DNA of 63,426 nt, the filler included, from Globobulimina sp. (Eukaryota): the NCBI GenBank assembly GCA_003354225.1. It is 51 parts of 51 records of this genome, joined end to end, with 100 filler letters (N's around TTAATTAATTAA, not from the genome) between each part and the next. Parts side by side here need not be neighbours in the genome. Positions count along the whole stretch, not along the records: positions 1 to 1,147 come from PIVH01022380.1; positions 1,248 to 2,394 come from PIVH01022381.1; positions 2,495 to 3,641 come from PIVH01022382.1; positions 3,742 to 4,888 come from PIVH01022383.1; positions 4,989 to 6,135 come from PIVH01022384.1; positions 6,236 to 7,381 come from PIVH01022385.1; positions 7,482 to 8,627 come from PIVH01022386.1; positions 8,728 to 9,873 come from PIVH01022387.1; 43 more parts are not named here. One strand, 5' to 3'. Each line of letters starts with the position of its first letter. Position 1 is the first letter of the stretch. The notes beneath the pieces are model-generated. The model was not told the DNA's origin, ran no database searches, and saw nothing but the letters and a program-made list of their open reading frames with translations. Made by a program: the position numbers and the translations under genes. This document shows positions 1 through 11,503 of the stretch, in pieces.

Positions 1-1147
1 CAAAGGTACGTGTATTTTATACCTACATATTGTACTATGCCGTACGTATGTAGGTATCCTATGTATTTAATTGTTTGGTTTTAGTTGTCCGTATTCTGCA
101 CCCCCTAAACGGATGCGTCCGTTTGTTACCCGAAACATTAAAATGAAACTGCATGCAGTTGGCACCTTCTATTCCTTTTCGCTGATTGGTCGGCTCCGGC
201 TGTACCAATAGGCAATAACCTATGTTACATCTTCAATTTTAAATTTCCCGCACTTTCTCAACTTTTAGGCCGAAAATACAGGATGTGATCAATTGGTGAA
301 ATGCTTGACTGGGACACAATCGAGAGGAGAAGAATGTTCAAAACATGTCAGAAATCGAGCAAAACAAGTAGAGAAGGATCCTGACAGTCAGAGTTGTGTT
401 AAAAATTTATGGAATACTCTAACTGAACTCACTTCGAGCAGTTATCGACATGAAAATACTATTCTCAAATGTATTGAAGACAAGGAGGCCAAAGGGAATC
501 TTGTCCCACTGTCGGAGAAAATGGTGAGTACTTCAGATATGGATATTAATACAATGTAATTATATATTCATAGTCGACTTATAGAGATACAGTATACCTT
601 ACTAAGTAGAATTTTCGCTTTTACATACGGAAAGCTTATTTTTTTGTTGTTGCGTGTTTTTATCTGGCTTTCTTGCGTCATTGTATTTTATTGAAGACGA
701 AATCCAGTGACGCAAGAACGCCATACGCCATATACGCCACAAAAATATTTTTTTCCTCTAAAAGGCAAAATTTCTAGTTATTGTATTTCTATAAGCCTTT
801 CGGAATCAAACATAATTTAAGACAAGTAGATGTGCAACAATGCTATCTAATCCGAGTGCCGTAAAGATACCTGCAAGAGCCGAGAAGATTGGTAAAATTG
901 TCGGCAAGTTTTTGGTTAAAGTTATGCCAGACTCATCTAATATTAGACAATGCATTAGTGAAATGATCAAAGAAAAAATCAAATGTCTTCCATTCGTCAC
1001 TTGCTGTCCGACTGTCAAAAGGTATGCAGGTTGGAATTGTATTTTTTATACACCTCAGCTAGTCAGCGTATAATAGGATATAGTTGCGCAAATTAGTTAT
1101 TGCATTGTGCTGAGCGAGCGGGAAAAAGTATGTAGTTGCGCAAAAGT

Positions 1148-1247
1148 NNNNNNNNNNNNNNNNNNNNNNNNNNNNNNNNNNNNNNNNNNNNTTAATTAAT
1201 TAANNNNNNNNNNNNNNNNNNNNNNNNNNNNNNNNNNNNNNNNNNNN
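1148..1247. other. Artificial contig spacer N44-TTAATTAATTAA-N44 (first of 50, recurring about every 1245 nt)
   Basis: Identical 100-nt linker with stops in all six frames separates segments of steadily decreasing length (1147 to 1144 nt). Confidence 0.99.
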
Positions 1248-1350
1248 TGTGCTTTAAGTGTTGAACAAAAACCGCATGGATACACTGCAGTAATATACAA
1301 TTTTTTTTCATATATATATATATATAAGCAAATATATCACATCTAAATAC

Positions 1351-2323
1351 CTTCAGGGTTTCCATTGGGATACCTTGCTCTGATGGCTCTGGCGCCATTT
1401 ACCCGTAAGCCTAATATCTGTGTGATATCAGCGCTGATTTTGCATGAATACGTATTCCCGCCGTCTACCAATACCCCGGTGGTTGCATACGATGCAGAGT
1501 TACTTTTATATTGACTGCCAATAATACCATAGCATACATCAGCCCATGCTCCGGCACCCGAAGACTCCCAGGTAAAGGCACCAAAGTTATACTGTTTATA
1601 AATTGGTAAAACCATACTTCTACACGCTTCAAATGAGGCTGCTTGGCCTAAATATATTTCAGTGCTGGTATTCCTTCCCGGAGCTGAGGGTCCGCCCCAA
1701 ATACCATCCGTATTTGGCAACACTTTCCAGGATGCATTGCCAGGAATGTTCTGCCATTGGCAATTAATGGGCGTTGCTGCGGATAATTCCACTAATTCTG
1801 CGTTGGCATTTGTTATTAATAAGTTATTGTCTTCGGGTGTAATCTCAATGGAGCGCCGTAAATAATGTCTGCCTTTTCTTAATATAATTTGTTTTTGCTT
1901 ATTTGGGCCATATTTGTTTCGTAAATGGAAAACTGCAAAATCTAAATGTTAGAATGGGGAATGGATGGTACCATCAAAGTCATAATCTCCATCAATAAAA
2001 TCAACATAGACCGAGGCTATGTTTTCATTGATAATATTTAAATCATCACAGGAGGGAGGAACTGTTTGTTTTAATTTCCAATCTTTTGGAAAAGTGACAA
2101 ATGATTTATTGACTGATTCTTTGGCTCCATTTAAAGCATCTGCGATTTCTTGTAATTTATCCGCTGCTAAAAATGGTTGAATACTCATTGCAAATTCTAG
2201 TGCTAATTGGCGCATTGGACAATCGAAATCCAATGGCGCTGCGACTGGGTCAACTGGAATGAATACTTCCTGTTTTGCTCCATATGCCAATACTATCAAA
2301 CCAACTGCAAACAAAAAAGACAT
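1351..2323 (-). pseudogene. Secreted protein with parallel beta-helix-like N-terminal motifs, interrupted by one in-frame TAA at 1949-1951
   Basis: Signal peptide MSFLFAVGLIVLAYG. VYVDFIDGDYDFDGTIHSPF*HLDFA...IILRKGRHYL continues in the same frame into ORF 1343-1792 (ARYPN motif). GT donor at 1350. Confidence 0.6.
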
Positions 2324-2880
2324 GGTATCCAAGTCGGTTTTGTCAATGAAAAACTCTCACTAATAATATAAATCAACATCAAAAAATCATCCAANNNNNN
2401 NNNNNNNNNNNNNNNNNNNNNNNNNNNNNNNNNNNNNNTTAATTAATTAANNNNNNNNNNNNNNNNNNNNNNNNNNNNNNNNNNNNNNNNNNNNTTACGT
2501 GCTCTATACCTATGGTACTGATACCTGGCATACCTTTTATCATTGCGGATACTCGTTTTTTCAACGAGGAAACCCGTGACAGTGCTTGCTCTGTTTCTTG
2601 CTCAGCCTCTTGTTTCTGTCGTTTTTCTGCTAATAAAATTCGATACAAATTCTCTTTGACCACACTGTGTACATAATATATTAATAAACACTGTATAACA
2701 TAAAATATAACATAATATAACACAAAAATATAACTCAATGTGGCAGGATTCGAGTAATTCGTCGCGATGAAACTGACTGATTGTCGCTTTAAACTGCGAC
2801 ACTTCCACCAAAAACAGCTATGTACAAAGGGCCAAAAACATAACATAACACTGCGAGGAATGTGTACAAATCAATGAAAA

Positions 2881-3641
2881 CTAAACTAGACTCTCCACAT
2901 TTACCTCAGCTACACAATGATTTACAAAGGCATTGAAGCCGTTTTTCGAACGCAATACGTCCACCATGCTGGCATCTTTTGTGTTAGATTTTGTATATGA
3001 ATGTACATTTGAACATGTCGCATGATTCAATGTGCGTTTTGCCATGGCAGTTTTATGCGTATTTGCCTGTTGAATGACCCATTGAGTCTGGAAATAAACC
3101 GTACAGAACACAAAGATAATATCGATGGCGTACATTAATAAATGGATGTCTACAGTTTCAGCGTTGGATAACTTGCACAATAACTCAGTACTAATCCAGA
3201 TGAAAAAGGATAAGATGATAATGGACACACAGACACAGAGCCGTTGCAATTCGTATTTGATCATATACTGATCTTTGGTATTCTTGATTTTTAAGTACAG
3301 CCAAAATATAAAGATAGACACTGGCACAGCGACGGTGAAATCTGCCATAAATCCGTAGAGATGTAAGTCGATGGTAAAGTGCAATATGATGAAGATGGAC
3401 AATATGAACACGGAAAGAGTGCTAATTATATACAATATCAACTTATAATTTGCGAAATACTTTTTATATTTGATCCACATGTTTGTCTCCGAGGCGTTTA
3501 CGTGGATTCGCCAGTTAATAAAGTCGGTGGAGGCAATGGCAAATTTGTAATCGACATAGAGACACCAGGAGCGGATCGCGATTAATATCAAGAGGAAACA
3601 GGTGGAGATTTCGTGTATAAATTGGAAAATCCAGCCAAGAT
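2881..3641 (-). CDS. Multi-pass (7TM-like) membrane protein with the start of a C-terminal RGS domain, partial
   Basis: Several hydrophobic helices followed by SMVDVLRSKNGFNAFVNHCVAEVNVESL, an RGS N-terminal motif. Confidence 0.65.
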
Positions 3642-3741
3642 NNNNNNNNNNNNNNNNNNNNNNNNNNNNNNNNNNNNNNNNNNNNTTAATTAATTAANNN
3701 NNNNNNNNNNNNNNNNNNNNNNNNNNNNNNNNNNNNNNNNN

Positions 3742-4888
3742 GAAGGTTATACACCAGACACCCAAAGTATCATTAAATTTGATTTTGATCAATGGATAAA
3801 ATTGCGTGGGTTGACCGCTGTAAAGTATTTGTTATGCAAATATAACATGAACACAATAGAAACATTATCATTTACATCCACACAATATATGAAATTCATG
3901 AGTGATGTTGAATTATTGAAAAATAAATCAGAATATATTCCAAAGGTGTTACAAGCGATCAAAGCTCTACAAATGCCAAGTGATAATATTTCAGCAAATA
4001 TTACTATTTCTCCAATTGAACAAGATTGTATGCAAACGTTGAAACAACATATGTTTGAATTAGACAAACTTGAAATTGATTTGAATGGTTTAAAGATGAA
4101 TTATTTACAATCTATCAAACGAATACAAAACGAGAAAGCTAACAAATCAATAAAACATTTGATGATTTGAGAATCGCATTAAATACGAGACAACAATGTT
4201 TATTAAACGAATTAGATAATGTTTACTCAATGGATGAAGTTTCTGATTCGAAACAAGAAACTGATTCATTCCAAGATGCAAGCTCCGAAATAGCAACGCA
4301 AAGAGAGAAATTGGAGCAAGATTTAAAATTATTTAACGATACCATGAAACTGCAGAAATCTCGAACTGCGGAAAAAAGAGAGCAAATTATATTAATTATG
4401 GCAAAACAATCTGATGAAGAATTTAAAGTATCAGTTGAGAAAATCATTGAGCAGCAGGACAGCACAAAACAATTAATATTACACAACAACGAGAAAATAG
4501 TGAATATTAATTATAATTATCATCAAAATGAAACAAAATATGAAAACTTGTTGCATAAAATTAATAATTTGGGTGCAATTAATTGCCGCGATGACATTGA
4601 CTCTGAACAATTATTGAAACATTTATATGATCAAAATACAGCGCTGTTAATGGATTCTTTAAAATTTAATGAGTCGTTTCCTTTTAGATGGTATAATGAA
4701 GAAAAAGAACAGCACATTGTTGTGAAAGTAATTGAGGAAAATCCATTGAAAGTTGTCCAACAGCCAGGTATTATCAAAGCTAATTGTGATGGATTGGTGT
4801 CTCTGAAACCGGAAAAAATCAATGGTATGATGGATATTGCGCTGTGTGTGGAATTTTTGAGAGAAAGCTTTGAGAGATATGCACCGAC
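3742..4888 (+). pseudogene. Coiled-coil protein, frameshifted near 4150-4170
   Basis: Two abutting ORFs (3802-4170, 4167 to contig end) with continuous coiled-coil character and no obvious intron. Confidence 0.4.
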
Positions 4889-5586
4889 NNNNNNNNNNNN
4901 NNNNNNNNNNNNNNNNNNNNNNNNNNNNNNNNTTAATTAATTAANNNNNNNNNNNNNNNNNNNNNNNNNNNNNNNNNNNNNNNNNNNNTTTGGGTTAGGT
5001 TCATTCAATAGTTTAATGTTTGTGGTGTTTTGTTGCCATTATTATTTTGGTTGTTGTTGTTATTATGCTGCAAATAACGTAATAATAGTTTATAACCAAT
5101 GGGGACACATTTTGGATACGAATGTAAACAATTTAACAATTCATTTTCAGTGTAAATTATCCAATAAAATGGTTTCGTTCCGTCTTGCAAAGGTTCGTTT
5201 AATATCATTGAAACATCTGCGAAATGCTGTTTTAATGAATCACAGATTTCTTGGTGTTTATGCTCTGATTTCTTGTGATTTAATACAACCACAGGAAGTG
5301 ATTGGATAGACATTACGCAGACTAGCTGGAGTTCACTAAAAACAAATTTCTGAAATCTCAAAATAAGTGCGTCAAGCTGAAACATAACGCCATGTCGCAA
5401 AGGAAACAGCAACGCTGGGCCTGGGTAATGGATAATTTCAAAGTGTCACTCAGTTCTTCCAATGTCTCATATATGGTATGCAATATGCAATAGATTTCTC
5501 GTCTGTACATAGTATATTCAATCTGGCAACGTATATAGGTTCAGTTACCACGCACGGAACATCCACAAAACCCCAATAAACAAACT

Positions 5587-6135
5587 GTGCCCAGACCAAC
5601 ATTTACAGAGATAAATAAAGCCATACAATTACATAAAAAAACGTATGGTAAACGGCTATGGGATTTAAAAATTGATGGTGCGAATAATATTACATTGCTT
5701 GAGAATGATACACGACGCAAAGCCATCCCGTCTGAATATCATATCGCATATATGCAGCGTATACAAGATATTAATTTTGCAATCGGAGATATAAAGAATG
5801 TGAATAATAATAATAATCAAATGCCGCCAGCCAATGGTAACATTATTAGCGATGACAAACAAGAAATATTATTAAAACAACAAATAATATTATTAAAGCA
5901 AACCGATTTGGAGCGCCAACAAGAATTTATTGAATATAAAGAAAAGACAAAGAAAGAAATAGAAAAAGAAAGAAAAATTAAAACATATCACCATGGCGAC
6001 GACATCCGCAAAAATATCACCATGACGCACAAAATTGGTGTATTATTGACAGGCATTGTCGGTCAGAAAAGGCTCAAATATGAGGAGATTATTCATAATT
6101 TAAATGGTGTGGTTATGAATGATAAGTATGCAGAG
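5587..6135 (+). CDS. Hypothetical protein, partial
   Basis: Open frame of over 180 codons with an N-rich tract and a coiled-coil stretch. Confidence 0.35.
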
Positions 6136-6235
6136 NNNNNNNNNNNNNNNNNNNNNNNNNNNNNNNNNNNNNNNNNNNNTTAATTAATTAANNNNNNNNN
6201 NNNNNNNNNNNNNNNNNNNNNNNNNNNNNNNNNNN

Positions 6236-6412
6236 GATTTATTTAACTATCAGCCGGTAGAGATACTTACGGATATTGGCAATAACGGTAGTATAGATGT
6301 AATGAAAATCCATTCCTTTGATTCCGATGGTGTCTTAATTAGCATAGGGGAATATAATGATTTTGACGGTGAAGTGGAAATTGTCACGCATTATACATGG
6401 GAAGAGTTGTAA
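6236..6412 (+). CDS. C-terminus of a bacterial protein with DxxxxGxxD-type acidic repeats
   Basis: Reads DLFNYQPVEILTDIGNNGSIDVMKIHSFDSDGVLISIGEYNDFDGEVEIVTHYTWEEL* and is followed by an intrinsic terminator. Confidence 0.6.
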   Translation, partial: DLFNYQPVEILTDIGNNGSIDVMKIHSFDSDGVLISIGEYNDFDGEVEIVTHYTWEEL

Positions 6413-6455
6413 TTGGTTTCTGAGATTTTTTGATAATTCCAAGAGGTTATATTGT

Positions 6456-6487
6456 AAAGGCAGGGTCGTTGCAGATCCTGCCTTTTT
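6456..6487 (+). terminator. Rho-independent terminator (possibly bidirectional)
   Basis: AAAGGCAGGGTC-GTTGCA-GATCCTGCCTTTTT stem-loop with T tract, about 45 nt after the stop codon. Confidence 0.8.
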
Positions 6488-6866
6488 GTTTGTCTTTATG
6501 GTACGATTATTATCATTTATTCTTTTTTATATGACACTGCCCGCACAACTTTCGAAAACTCCAAGCATGAAATTGATCATTTAATCACAGGCTGTTGCCG
6601 GAAAGTCCCGATTACACATACCTTTAAAACACAAGTAATCAATAAAAAAGGCAGAGATGTTACACCGAGCCGTGATTTGCTTCTGAAATTGAGTTAAGTG
6701 AAAAGTATTGCCCGGCTTTATGAGCAAGATGCATCACGTGATCGCATTAGGCAATATGTCAGAAAATGGCTCCAATGGGTATTAGCCGGCAAAGGGGTGA
6801 ATACAGCTTTCAAAAGTCAGGGCAAGGGAGAGTATTCCTGACATGATGTTATGTTTAAATCAATTA

Positions 6867-6950
6867 TTATTTAAGTCTTCTCCGGATGCCTACCAGACAC
6901 GCCAGGCCTGAGCCTGAAAGCAGTATTGCAGAAGGTATAGGCAGAGGTAT
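6867..6950 (-). pseudogene. Orphan PEP-CTERM/VPLPA-CTERM-like sorting signal remnant
   Basis: Translates as IPLPIPSAILLSGSGLACLVGIRRRLK* (Pro motif, TM helix, Arg cluster). The frame has an upstream stop about 23 codons earlier and no ATG. Confidence 0.6.
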
Positions 6951-7026
6951 CCCACTCCTTTCAGAGGTGGTTATTGACTTTCCCGTTAATACGCCGTAAA
7001 ATGTTAATTGAAACAGATTTTAATCA

Positions 7027-7068
7027 GATGTATCTCCTCTGCACGTAGAAGTCCAGAGGAGATACATC
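7027..7068 (-). terminator. Perfect 15-bp stem-loop directly downstream of the repeat-peptide gene
   Basis: GATGTATCTCCTCTG (7027-7041) is the exact reverse complement of CAGAGGAGATACATC (7054-7068); it starts about 20 nt past the stop at 7089. Confidence 0.7.
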
Positions 7069-7088
7069 GTTTTCAGGTAGAACACAAA

Positions 7089-7376
7089 TTACTCTTCATC
7101 TGAGGGTTCCTCAGAAGCAGCATTTTCTTCTACTTCAGGATGGAGTTCCACCTCGATGCAGGGTGATGATGCTGTCCCACAACAATTTTCCTCTACATCT
7201 GAGTGAAGTTCAACCTCGATGCAGGGTGATTTTGCAGTACCGCAGCAATTTTCTTCTACATCAGGATGAAGTTCAACCTCGATGCAGGGTGATTTTGCTG
7301 TACCACAACAATTTTCTGCTACATCAGGGTGGAGTTCCACCTCGATGCAGGGTGATTTAGCAGTTCCACAACACAT
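7089..7376 (-). CDS. Multi-cassette Cys-rich repeat peptide, 4 x CCGTA(K/S)SPCIEVELH(P/S)(D/E)V(A/E)EN; candidate RiPP precursor, possibly 5'-truncated
   Basis: Four 63-nt units with many synonymous differences, an acidic tail AASEEPSDEE and a downstream hairpin. Confidence 0.8.
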   Translation of the reverse strand: MCCGTAKSPCIEVELHPDVAENCCGTAKSPCIEVELHPDVEENCCGTAKSPCIEVELHSDVEENCCGTASSPCIEVELHPEVEENAASEEPSDEE

Positions 7377-7481
7377 AAAATNNNNNNNNNNNNNNNNNNN
7401 NNNNNNNNNNNNNNNNNNNNNNNNNTTAATTAATTAANNNNNNNNNNNNNNNNNNNNNNNNNNNNNNNNNNNNNNNNNNNN

Positions 7482-8211
7482 TTTGGATGCATATAATTTA
7501 CAGAAAAAAAGCATAATCGAAGCGCATGATTCTCAGCTACAAATTATACAATTTAATGCTGACGGCAATTATCTATGTTCTGCCTCGATAATGGGCACTT
7601 TGTTGAGGATTTTCGCGTTGCCCTCAGGTGCGCACATTTATACTTTTCGACGCGGAACCTATCCATCGACGATCTATTCCATTTCCTTCAATTTATCCTG
7701 CACTTTATTAGCAGTCACAAGCAATAGCAACAAGCACAGCATTCACATCTTCGATTTACAGCATCACCATCACGGTGACCATTATAGCAAATACAAGAAA
7801 TACAAGAAATACAACAAATACATCCCGCAAAGTGTCAAGAGCCAGATCGAAGATCCGCGCTCCATCATTTGTATTAATATTAAACATCCAATAAAATCAA
7901 TAAAATCCATAAAATGTGGATGGTTTAATGATAATTCGTTGCTTTGTGCATCACAAAATGGATATTTTTATCGATATCTTATAAATAACGACAAAAATTC
8001 ATATAAATTATTATCCGAACATTCGTTAAGAGACAACCAATATAATTTGCATAAACAACAAAAAACAAAAATTTATAAAAACCAAAAAAATAAAAAAAAA
8101 ATAAACAAAGATGATAAACAAGAAAAGAATGATAATAACAGTGATAAATTAGGAATTGATGATTTATTTGATTTATCCGACGGAGAATTTTTTGTTGGAG
8201 ATCTGCCATAA
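7482..8211 (+). CDS. ATG18: ATG18/WIPI family PROPPIN (WD40 phosphoinositide-binding autophagy protein), C-terminal part
   Basis: IEAHDSQL, SASIMGTLLRIF and the FRRG motif. Confidence 0.9.
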
Positions 8212-8525
8212 AATATAATTAAATATAGATTGTGTTTGGTGTTTTACTATTTACTGTGTAAAGGGCAGAAATTTCTAATTCTAGACACTTTTGACAATAC
8301 ATTCCATTTTAAGGACAAAGTATAGCAAACCGTTTCCGTATAGATTCAGATTGTGACCTTCTTGGACTGATTGTCAATTTACAAAGTGTTCGAAAAGTTT
8401 TTGAAAAAATTAGTACTTATCGGATAGAGGGCCTATTTATGAATGCTGCCATATAGAGGTGTGTGTGTAAGGGAATGTTGGTAAATGACGTAATTAAAAT
8501 TGGACCCTAGGTCCTAGGTCCATTT

Positions 8526-8564
8526 CATTAGAGTTTTCCTATTTGACCTTGATTTTGCTCATGA
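8526..8564 (+). repeat. Dispersed 39-bp repeat, also at 55066-55104 in inverted orientation
   Basis: CATTAGAGTTTTCCTATTTGACCTTGATTTTG(C/G)TCATGA, 38 of 39 positions identical between two different contigs. Confidence 0.85.
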
Positions 8565-8727
8565 TCTAGGTATGAGCACACTAACTCTTTCGTCATTTTG
8601 CTTGACTTGTGCGTTGTTGTATTGTGTNNNNNNNNNNNNNNNNNNNNNNNNNNNNNNNNNNNNNNNNNNNNTTAATTAATTAANNNNNNNNNNNNNNNNN
8701 NNNNNNNNNNNNNNNNNNNNNNNNNNN

Positions 8728-8935
8728 ATTCAAATTGATTGTTTTTTGATTGTTCAACGGAATCAAATTTTGATAAATCAATTTTTTCAGTTAAATGAGT
8801 ACAATTAATATCTTTGTATGAATATAAATAGTTTCTATTTAATACAATCCATCTTTTCCTTTGTTTTTTGATGTAATACGATTCCTTGCTCAAATATCCG
8901 TTTTTAACACCGCTTACTGAAGTCGAAATTGACAT
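8728..8935 (-). CDS. PH-domain protein, N-terminal part
   Basis: VKNGYLSKES...KRWIVLNRNYLYSYK...KIDL matches the PH beta1-beta4 pattern. Confidence 0.8.
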
Positions 8936-9005
8936 GAGTTGATGATTGTACAAAAGTTTTCAATTACTCACATGAGGAGTAGACAAAGTGCATCAGTGTA
9001 TGTTT

Positions 9006-9188
9006 AAAAATATTCCTGTAGGCTCATTATGGCTGGATCAGGATGTATACAAAAGAAAAAATATGCTCTAATGAACGTTGATTGGTCAAATAAATCATAG
9101 ACCAATCAGAGTTCATTAGAGCGTATTTCTTTTATTGTTTACATCCGGATCCAGCCATAATGAGCCTACACTGTACAGGAATATTTTT
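9006..9188. mobile_element. Foldback/MITE-like long imperfect palindrome
   Basis: Arms of about 85 bp, AAAAATATTCCTGTAGGCTCATTATGGCTGGATC...GATTGGTC and GACCAATC...GATCCAGCCATAATGAGCCTACA...TACAGGAATATTTTT, around a 12-nt loop. Confidence 0.7.
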
Positions 9189-11503
9189 CGAACATGCCGT
9201 GCTTCCGAAATGAATTTAATTGGACAATTTCTTAACCAAATATTACCAAATCAACCATGGATAAATGTAATGGAAATTGCATCATATTTCGATTAAATAT
9301 CAAAACTCTACCAACAATGTTGCGGATCACATCCATGCAGCTGCATTAATATTTGATCATTCCACATAATCGATCATAATCAATTCACTTTATACTTGAT
9401 GCTGTTAATAGAATATACACTGCGCTATTAATAGAATACATTTCCTTACTCCACCACTGTCAGATCAATCTTATTTGAAAACAACAAATTGACTTTGAAT
9501 CACAACAAATTAATAACTATGTTACAAACGCATCGATTTAGAAGCTTAAGAACAAACTACCAAAAATTGCTAGTATTCGTGACTGTCATTTATGTTAATT
9601 ACGCCGTCGCGATCGACAGCAGTGTAAACCGAGCATTACTCTCAGCACAAGCAAGTCCAATAGTAATCAGCGAAGAATTGTTGTGTTCAGTGCATTGGTG
9701 GGAGTCTAATAGAAAACACAGTGCAACACCGTGGGAACAAACACAGGTTACGTTATTCCAAAATGGAAAGTTAACCTGGACAAGACCTGCTAGCGAGGGA
9801 CCGCGTAGCATTGATATCGATGGTATCGATGGAATGTACACAATCGTTAGTGCAACAGGTTTTGGTTTTGCATNNNNNNNNNNNNNNNNNNNNNNNNNNN
9901 NNNNNNNNNNNNNNNNNTTAATTAATTAANNNNNNNNNNNNNNNNNNNNNNNNNNNNNNNNNNNNNNNNNNNNGGTAAAAAGTAAGTAGACGTCGCAAGA
10001 AAGAAAGAAAGGAACCAAAAGAGACAAAAAGAGAGCAGCTATAGAGGAAGCAACGTTGTTGACCCATCTGTCGCGATCCAATACGTCCATTGGCCAACTC
10101 CTAAAATAGGTCCAGCATTATTTACGGCCAAGCGCTGCCTATGTTGTGGATGTAGCAGATTGCTCACTTTTTTGTCGATTTTGTGCATTTCAGGTTATGT
10201 CGATTGGAAAGAAATTGTGTTCACACTAATTTTTTGTATTTAAAATATACAGATCCGGGCCACGTGGAATTAATGGAATTAAGGCGAAATTGAGAGCAAA
10301 TAGGAAAGAAATATCCAGATCAGTTGAAATCAAATTATATTCTCACTAAATGTTTGATTTTTAAAATATACAGATTATAATTAATTGAATTGAAGCGGAA
10401 TTGGTTTGAAATAGCAAATAAGAAATATCCAGATCAGTTTTTGTCATCTTGGTTGTTTTTGTCTCCTTCAATTCCTAACTAAATTAAATTAAGTAGTTTT
10501 CAGTTCGTGGCAGTTTTTCTCATCTTTATCATGGCAACAGGTATTTTTTTTAAATTTTTAGCGTTTAACATTTGTTTATATCAAGGTACACGACAACGAT
10601 CTGATTTGTGGCGATTGAAGCAAACATTGAATACGAATTAATATCATAATCCGAGATGATTTAACAAATATATTTGCAATATCAACCAAACAAACCCAAA
10701 AAGCAGTCGCCAATTCCCCAAAACAAGCAGGGATTTCATAACAGCGAATCTGGACTAAAACAAGCTGTTTAGTTAATTTGCGTTGACTAAAACCATGATG
10801 TTCGATTTCGTTTGCCATCCCGTGCCCACTTATTTGCCTCTACCTATGATATGGGAGCAGCACCCAAACGCATTTGGTACAAATGGACACCTGAACGCGA
10901 CTTAGCAGCAAGATTCAACATCGATATCTGTCCATCGCTTGTCTGGATATCCAACAAATGCAATGGCTTCACAGATTGGTGCGTGAATAACACAGTTAAC
11001 GAACCGCCATATTATCCTCCACAAAATTGGAAGACTGTGCAGGAAAATAAAGATGAATTGTAATTGAAATTAAATAATTATTGCAACTATATCCATGTCA
11101 GACGTACTGACAGATATTGNNNNNNNNNNNNNNNNNNNNNNNNNNNNNNNNNNNNNNNNNNNNTTAATTAATTAANNNNNNNNNNNNNNNNNNNNNNNNN
11201 NNNNNNNNNNNNNNNNNNNGACTTTGGCGGTTTTTTGGTTTCCCACTTTTTATAAAAACCTCTTACTTTGCTGTTACTTTGTACTTTCGGGTGTGTACTT
11301 TTGTACTTTCTCTGCTGTATATATCATGTTTTATGTATTTATTAGTTAGTATTCATTAATAATCCCGCAATTGTAAAGTTAAAAAGTTTGCAAAAAGAAA
11401 AAAACGGATCCATTGTATACAAAAAGACACAATGCAAGTTTTAAGCGGAACGAACTGTTTTATTTTCAAGTTCATTCTCAATAAATTCTCCAATCAAATC
11501 GTC

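Noticed and set aside
7119-7373. CRISPR or non-coding 63-bp tandem repeat
   Set aside because: No spacers; the unit is a multiple of 3 and varies mostly at synonymous sites, so it is coding.
10232-10440. ~117-bp diverged direct duplication
   Set aside because: Two copies only, AT-rich, with no further structure.
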